A stretch of DNA of 64,000 nucleotides, taken from IMG/VR virus record IMGVR_UViG_3300010356_000549, positions 1 to 64,000 of that record. One strand, given 5' to 3'. The translations under genes were made by a program, and so were the position numbers. Shown piece after piece: positions 59,008 through 64,000 of this stretch. The notes under the pieces were generated by a model. The model worked only from the letters and a program-made list of their open reading frames with translations, searched no databases and had not been told where the DNA came from. This stretch comes from a virus. Taxonomy: Duplodnaviria; Caudoviricetes. Position 1 is the first letter of the stretch. Every line of letters starts with the position of its first letter.

Positions 59008-62000
59008 CCGAAAACCATTGGCCAAATATAAATGTGATAGAGGGCAGCCAAGCCAAGATCGTGGTGGTCTGCGACCTTACCACCAAGGCAGTGTGGGAGC
59101 GGGGGATGGTGATGACCATTCCCGCTCTGGACCTATTCAAAACGGAGGCGGAGCGAAACGGCTTCGGGCCGGAGGATTTTGTGTTCGTGTCGCCTTCCCG
59201 ACCTATCGCGGAGGAGGATCAGGCGACCGAGAGCAAGACGGCCAAAGCCATGGGTATTGACCGGGCCGAGTTCCTGGAGGTGATCAAGGCATACCAGCCC
59301 GAAATCATCCTGACCCTGGGCAAATGGGCGCTCCGGCAGCTCAAGGGTAATGCCATCAAAATAACCACGGCTAGGGGCACCGCTCAGGTGATTGACGTGG
59401 CGGGCCAGGAATACCCTGTGCTGCCCCTTCTGTCTCCCCGAGAGGTGCTTCGCTTCCCCGAGCGCAAGGTTATTTTCAGGACCGACTTCATGCAGTTGGC
59501 CAGCCTTAAGGAGCACGGTTATGACGTGGATCAATTCAGGGAGGGGGCGCAGGGCAAGGGCTACCGTTGGTGCCTTGACTTGGCTCACCTACTCGACAAT
59601 CCCCCACAACAGATTGCCTTCGACTGTGAGACCGTAGGTCTGGACCGTTATGACCCACGATTCGAGCTGGTGACCGTGCAGATCACAACCCGCAAGGGGG
59701 AGAGCTTAGTTGTCCCCCTCCACATCGAATGGTGGAACAATCCAGAGTTGATGTCCCTAGAATCTGCGGCTGCTCCACGTCTCACTAAGACCATCCGCAA
59801 AAAGCTCATTGGCCAGCTCAAGGAGCTACTGGAGAATCCGAAGGTGGCGGTGGTCGGCCACAACCTGAAATATGACATCCACGCCATGAGGACGGCTGGA
59901 GTGCGCATTGCCAACTGGTATGCGGACACCATGCAGTTGGCGTTTGTTGTTGACGAGAACATGCAGCGGATGGGGCTTGACGATTGCGTTAGAAGGTGGC
60001 TCCCCCAATTCGCGGGATATGCCGACGAGTTCAATGCGAACATCGACAAGAGCAACATGCACAAGGTGCCGCATAGTCAATTCTTGGGGTATGCCGGGGG
60101 GGATACTGAGGTCACTTGGCGGCTGGCCGGGGTGCTACTCGATGAGGCAAAGCGGGACATTTTGCAGTGGGGCACCTTCATAAAGGTGCAAATGCCAGCT
60201 CTAAGGGCTTTCGTGGGGATGGAGGAAGTGGGAGTTGGGATCAACACCACCGCTTTGACCGAGTTTGGGGTGTACTTAGAGCAACGTCACGCCGAGCTAC
60301 AGGCGAAATTGCTGGATCAAGTCCCCCCTACCCTATTGCGGGCGCATGAAGAGAAGGGCTGCCGATTCTCTCGGGCCGACTTTGTGATTGACTGCCTTTT
60401 TGGGGAGGACTCCATCCGATTCCTGGAAGACGGGACCGTGGACCAACACAATGGGTCGCGGCTCAAGGCCAAGGTGTGGACTAAAGGTGGGCAACCCTCT
60501 ACCAGCTCCACCGATCATTTACCCTACTTTGACCACTGCGAATGGGTGCGCGACTTAATGGAGTTAAGCAAGGTCAGCAAGATGATCTCAACCTATGTGG
60601 GGCATGACCTCAAGGAGTGGCAGCAACCCATCAAGCGGACCAAGACCGGGCTGCTACCTAAGGTCGTCAGGGACATATTGGCCGAAAGAGGATACGTTGC
60701 CCCTTTACAGGTGGCCGGGCGACTTCGGGAGCCGGATCAAGAAATCGTCAATTTCATCAGAAGCAACTACCCAATTTCAGCGTCCATACCTGACCGGGAG
60801 TTGAGCTGTAAAATCAATGGGATAACCTTTGACACCATGGGCCGGGTCTTCCGGGAATGCCGGGAGGAGGCAACCGGGTTCTGGCAATACCTCAAGAACA
60901 AGGAGACAGCGCCACGCATTCACCCGTCCTTTCACCTCCACAGGACCGTTACAGGGCGGGCGGCTTCCTCCAATCCCAATGGACAGAATCTACCCAAGCG
61001 GGGTGCCTTGGCCAAAGCGTATCGTCGAATCTTCATCCCCACGGAGGGCTACACCTTTATTGAATGTGACCTTTCGCAGGCCGAGCTGCGCATCGCGGCA
61101 TGGATGGCCGGGGAGCCTGAGATGCTGCGGATTTACCGAACCGGGGGGGATATCCACTCTGCTACGGCTGCGGCTGTCATGGGCGTGTCTGAGCGTGTCT
61201 TCAACGCGGGACTACATTCATCGACCCTGCTTCACACCGTAGCGGCAGAGTGGCCGGGGGCTAACTCCTACCTGCTTGCGGCTGGCAGCAAGATGATGGA
61301 GGTCACCCTGAAAGCCTTCTTAGATTACAAACGATTTGCGGCCAAGGCCATTAACTTCGGATTCCTGTACGGGATGGGCTGGCGCAAGTTCCAAGTCTAT
61401 GCCCGTGTTGAGTACGGACTGACCTTTACCGAGGCTGAGGCACAAGCCATTCGGAAGACCTTTTTTCGTAAATATGCGGGGCTGGAGGAGTGGCACGACC
61501 AAACGAGGGAGTTTGTCAAAGACCGGGGCTTTGTCCGGGCGCTTCATGGGGCTTTGCGCCACCTGCCCAATATTGAATCCGATGATGAGGGGGTCATAGG
61601 GGGGGCCAGCCGTCAAAGCATTAACTCACCTGTTCAGCGCTTCGCCAGCGACCTGGGGCTGATTGCTCTGAGCAGATTTGTGAGGGACTGCGACCATGAC
61701 CGGATGCGGCCTTGCCTCTTTATTCATGACTCCAACATCATCGAGGCCAAACACGATTGCGTGGAAGAGGCGGCTGATGCCCTTAAATGGTACATGCAGT
61801 CTCAACCCTTGATGGAGTGGTTTGGGCTGGAGTCGCCCATCCCGATTATTGCCGATATTTCGGTGGGGGTAAATTTGGAGCAGATGACCGCATGGAATGG
61901 GCGGGACGGCACACCTAACTTATTGGGTAGGAAGCCGGAGTGGGCTTCCGATAGGGAAACACCTTTGGGATTTAGAGGTGTGAATCAACCAGTAAAGAAA

Positions 62001-62018
62001 AGGTTTATCCATAGATAA
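59004..62018 (+). CDS. polA: family A DNA polymerase with an N-terminal UDG-like domain and 3'-5' exonuclease
   Basis: QPEIILTLGKWAL..ITTARG..LPLLSP (UDG4-like); IAFDCET, GHNLKYD, YAGGD (Exo I-III); DLSQAELR, KAINFGFLYG, FIHDS (motifs A-C). Confidence 0.93.
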   Translation: MTENHWPNINVIEGSQAKIVVVCDLTTKAVWERGMVMTIPALDLFKTEAERNGFGPEDFVFVSPSRPIAEEDQATESKTAKAMGIDRAEFLEVIKAYQPEIILTLGKWALRQLKGNAIKITTARGTAQVIDVAGQEYPVLPLLSPREVLRFPERKVIFRTDFMQLASLKEHGYDVDQFREGAQGKGYRWCLDLAHLLDNPPQQIAFDCETVGLDRYDPRFELVTVQITTRKGESLVVPLHIEWWNNPELMSLESAAAPRLTKTIRKKLIGQLKELLENPKVAVVGHNLKYDIHAMRTAGVRIANWYADTMQLAFVVDENMQRMGLDDCVRRWLPQFAGYADEFNANIDKSNMHKVPHSQFLGYAGGDTEVTWRLAGVLLDEAKRDILQWGTFIKVQMPALRAFVGMEEVGVGINTTALTEFGVYLEQRHAELQAKLLDQVPPTLLRAHEEKGCRFSRADFVIDCLFGEDSIRFLEDGTVDQHNGSRLKAKVWTKGGQPSTSSTDHLPYFDHCEWVRDLMELSKVSKMISTYVGHDLKEWQQPIKRTKTGLLPKVVRDILAERGYVAPLQVAGRLREPDQEIVNFIRSNYPISASIPDRELSCKINGITFDTMGRVFRECREEATGFWQYLKNKETAPRIHPSFHLHRTVTGRAASSNPNGQNLPKRGALAKAYRRIFIPTEGYTFIECDLSQAELRIAAWMAGEPEMLRIYRTGGDIHSATAAAVMGVSERVFNAGLHSSTLLHTVAAEWPGANSYLLAAGSKMMEVTLKAFLDYKRFAAKAINFGFLYGMGWRKFQVYARVEYGLTFTEAEAQAIRKTFFRKYAGLEEWHDQTREFVKDRGFVRALHGALRHLPNIESDDEGVIGGASRQSINSPVQRFASDLGLIALSRFVRDCDHDRMRPCLFIHDSNIIEAKHDCVEEAADALKWYMQSQPLMEWFGLESPIPIIADISVGVNLEQMTAWNGRDGTPNLLGRKPEWASDRETPLGFRGVNQPVKKRFIHR

Positions 62019-62105
62019 AAATAATACTTGCAAAGGGTAAAGGATAAGTTAGACTAGGGGAAGCTAGTCCTAAGGACTCAATATAACAACAAATAAAAAT
62101 CACAC

Positions 62106-62576
62106 ATGAGAGCAGTTAAGGCGACGACCAAGAAAACCATCACGACAAAAAACGCACCCAAAAGAGTGCCACGGAGCCGCGTTCCTGCGGCGACGCCTAA
62201 GGCGGAGGCCGGGACCAACCCTCTGGAGAAAATGGCGGCTGATTATTATGCGGCCAATGAGGCCAGGAAGAAATTCGCCACCGCATCGGAGAAGCTCCGG
62301 GAGCAGCTTTTGGGGGAGATGGGACGGCAGGGGATAGAGAAATTTGAGCTGCCTGCTCACGGCAACACCCCTGCATTGGTGGCCACTATTGAATCCCGCA
62401 ATACGACGACCATCGACCTTCAAGCCCTGTCCAAGCTGGTATCCTTCGAAGTATTAATGCAGGTGGTTTCCGCATCTGTCTCTGCGGTTACTGCGGTGGC
62501 CGGGAAGGAAGTGCTCGCCCAAGTGGCCATACCTGGGAAGAGCAGCCCAAACGTCAACGTTAATCCCAAAAAATAG
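62106..62576 (+). CDS. hypothetical protein
   Basis: 156-aa ORF; promoter TTGCAA-N16-TAGACT upstream. Confidence 0.7.
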   Translation: MRAVKATTKKTITTKNAPKRVPRSRVPAATPKAEAGTNPLEKMAADYYAANEARKKFATASEKLREQLLGEMGRQGIEKFELPAHGNTPALVATIESRNTTTIDLQALSKLVSFEVLMQVVSASVSAVTAVAGKEVLAQVAIPGKSSPNVNVNPKK

Positions 62577-62577
62577 G

Positions 62578-63591
62578 ATGAAAGAGGCGGCGCTGAGAGC
62601 ACTATTGTCGAAGCTGGACATTGATGTTCAGTTCAAAAATGCCAAGGGATGGCTCTCAGCGCCATGCCCCTTTGCGGAACATCTTCACCAATACGGGACC
62701 GACTTGAATCCTTCTTTCATGGTGAAGGTGTCCGACCGGGGCGCATCTGGCTTCAACTGCTTTTCATGCCACCAACGGGGTAACCTTACCCGCTTAATGA
62801 CCAAGCTCGGGAAGCTCAGGGGCCAGTCCTATGACCGGGAAATCATCCGGGCGGCCATTGAGGAGACGCCTAAGGATGTCGAGAGCTGGGATGACCTCAA
62901 GGATCAATGGATTGCCGAGGCCATGCTGGATGAGCCGCTGGACTCACGCCTTTACAGGCGCATGTACCCCTCAGCATGGAGGGAGGAGGAGTCTCGCCTT
63001 TACCTATTGGAGCGCGGAGTATCGGAGGTGGCAGCGACCGTCCTGGACCTCCGGCACGATCCAGATAGCCATCGCGTCCTTTTCCCAGTCTATGACGACG
63101 ACCACTTCCTGTATGGCTTTACCGGGCGGGCCGTCTATGACGACATTGAGCCAAGGATCAGGGACTATGCCGGGCTTAAAAAAGATCGACACCTGCTGGG
63201 CCAGCATCTTATATCGTCGAGGCCGGGGATGCCTATTGTATTGGTGGAGGGGCTGTTTGCTTTAGCCCATCTGGTGACCATCGGGGCGACCGATCTCGCA
63301 GTGCCCATGGCCACGATGGGGAGCTACTTGAGCCAATACCAAGCAGGCATACTGGCAGACTACGGGAGGGCGGTTTACCTGCTATATGACAACGACATGG
63401 CCGGGAGCGAGGGGCTGTTTGGTTCATGGAGTGAGAGGCGGGGATTCGAGGGAGGAGGCGCGGTGGATAAGCTCAAGAGCGAGGTGCCGACCTTTGTGTG
63501 CTTATACCCCGAAGGCGTGGACGATCCAGACGATTTGACGCTGACACAATTTACAGAATTTTTCTCCGAGGGGGGAAGAGAATACCAGTGA
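62578..63591 (+). CDS. dnaG: DnaG-like primase (Zn finger plus TOPRIM)
   Basis: CPFAEHLH..FNCFSC, YLLERG, YGFTGR, LVEGLFA, YDNDMAG, DPDD. Confidence 0.85.
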   Translation: MKEAALRALLSKLDIDVQFKNAKGWLSAPCPFAEHLHQYGTDLNPSFMVKVSDRGASGFNCFSCHQRGNLTRLMTKLGKLRGQSYDREIIRAAIEETPKDVESWDDLKDQWIAEAMLDEPLDSRLYRRMYPSAWREEESRLYLLERGVSEVAATVLDLRHDPDSHRVLFPVYDDDHFLYGFTGRAVYDDIEPRIRDYAGLKKDRHLLGQHLISSRPGMPIVLVEGLFALAHLVTIGATDLAVPMATMGSYLSQYQAGILADYGRAVYLLYDNDMAGSEGLFGSWSERRGFEGGGAVDKLKSEVPTFVCLYPEGVDDPDDLTLTQFTEFFSEGGREYQ

Positions 63592-63632
63592 GTTGGTAAC
63601 AAAAACAAACAACAAATAAATACAATAAATAA

Positions 63633-64000
63633 ATGAGGACTAACGCAAATAAGGGGAACACGGCACAGACCGCAGAGTCACGCCGGGGAGCACTACGGGA
63701 AGCCGTGGCCAGGGACGAGGAGGCAGCCAAAAAGAGGGCGGCTAACTCAAATCAACCATGGCGCTTTTTTCAGGCCAAGGGTGCAGAAACGGAGGTGATA
63801 ATTCTGGACAAGGAGCTGGAGGAAGCCTTCTGGCGCAATGAGCACAACCTGGAAATCGCGGGCAAGTGGGGCAACTATGAGCCGTGTATAGCAGACTCAG
63901 GACCATGTCCCCACTGTAAAGCGGGGTCATCCCCCTACCTTGTGGTGCTGCTTACCGTATTGGTGATTCAGCAATACACCAACAAGAAGACGGGCAAGGT
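63633..64000 (+). CDS. putative gp32-like ssDNA-binding protein, truncated at the window edge
   Basis: manual translation: ...QPWRFFQAKGAETEVIILD..EHNL..YEPCIADSGPCPHC..., open to the end. Confidence 0.6.
   Translation, partial: MRTNANKGNTAQTAESRRGALREAVARDEEAAKKRAANSNQPWRFFQAKGAETEVIILDKELEEAFWRNEHNLEIAGKWGNYEPCIADSGPCPHCKAGSSPYLVVLLTVLVIQQYTNKKTGK

Noticed and set aside
60600-60890. Intein or intron in the ~95-aa PolA insertion
   Set aside because: There is no N-terminal Cys/Ser block, no His-Asn end, no LAGLIDADG or HNH motif, and the frame is uninterrupted. It looks like a lineage-specific insertion.
1-64000. tRNA, rRNA, integrase/att site, or a firm host assignment
   Set aside because: No cloverleaf or rRNA-like tract and no recombinase were found. 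The sequence alone supports only a peptidoglycan-containing, probably diderm host, and lifestyle cannot be called from this window.

Overview
The window is a contiguous 64-kb segment of a tailed dsDNA bacteriophage genome, probably a siphovirus (HK97-type head, short tail-tube gene, -1 frameshifted tail chaperone, TP901-type tape measure). No integrase, tRNA, rRNA or CRISPR array was seen. Left to right: (1) 1-5.25 kb, leftward small genes including a RadC/JAB-like protein and an AlkB dioxygenase with a Zn-finger insertion; (2) 5.3-13.2 kb, accessory cassettes (secreted GH114 glycosidase, a Tat-like protein plus GH108 muramidase, an L,D-transpeptidase with two lipoproteins, a MarR-like regulator); (3) 13.3-20.4 kb, terS, then a translationally coupled DNA-base hypermodification operon (ParB-like, TET/JBP #1, GNAT, stand-alone class II glutamine amidotransferase, amino-acid:DNA-transferase-like protein, P-loop kinase, TET/JBP #2), then terL; (4) 20.4-46.4 kb, head and tail genes, including a tandem double GroES and a 1712-aa MuF protein with two HExxH domains; (5) 46.3-51.5 kb, glycosyl/sulfo/methyltransferases, a secreted metallothionein-like peptide and a lysis cassette with a membrane-anchored PAS protein; (6) 51.6-64 kb, a Ycf46-type AAA module and replication genes (O-like initiator with palindromic repeats, DnaB, UDG-PolA fusion, primase, truncated SSB). 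Two non-coding patterns stand out: an almost invariant 18-bp quasi-palindrome (TTTGCACGATCTTGCAAA) at 11 sites, inside and between genes, and a dozen sigma70-like promoters placed 5-8 nt before a start codon (leaderless). All family assignments come from motif recognition by eye, not from database searches.
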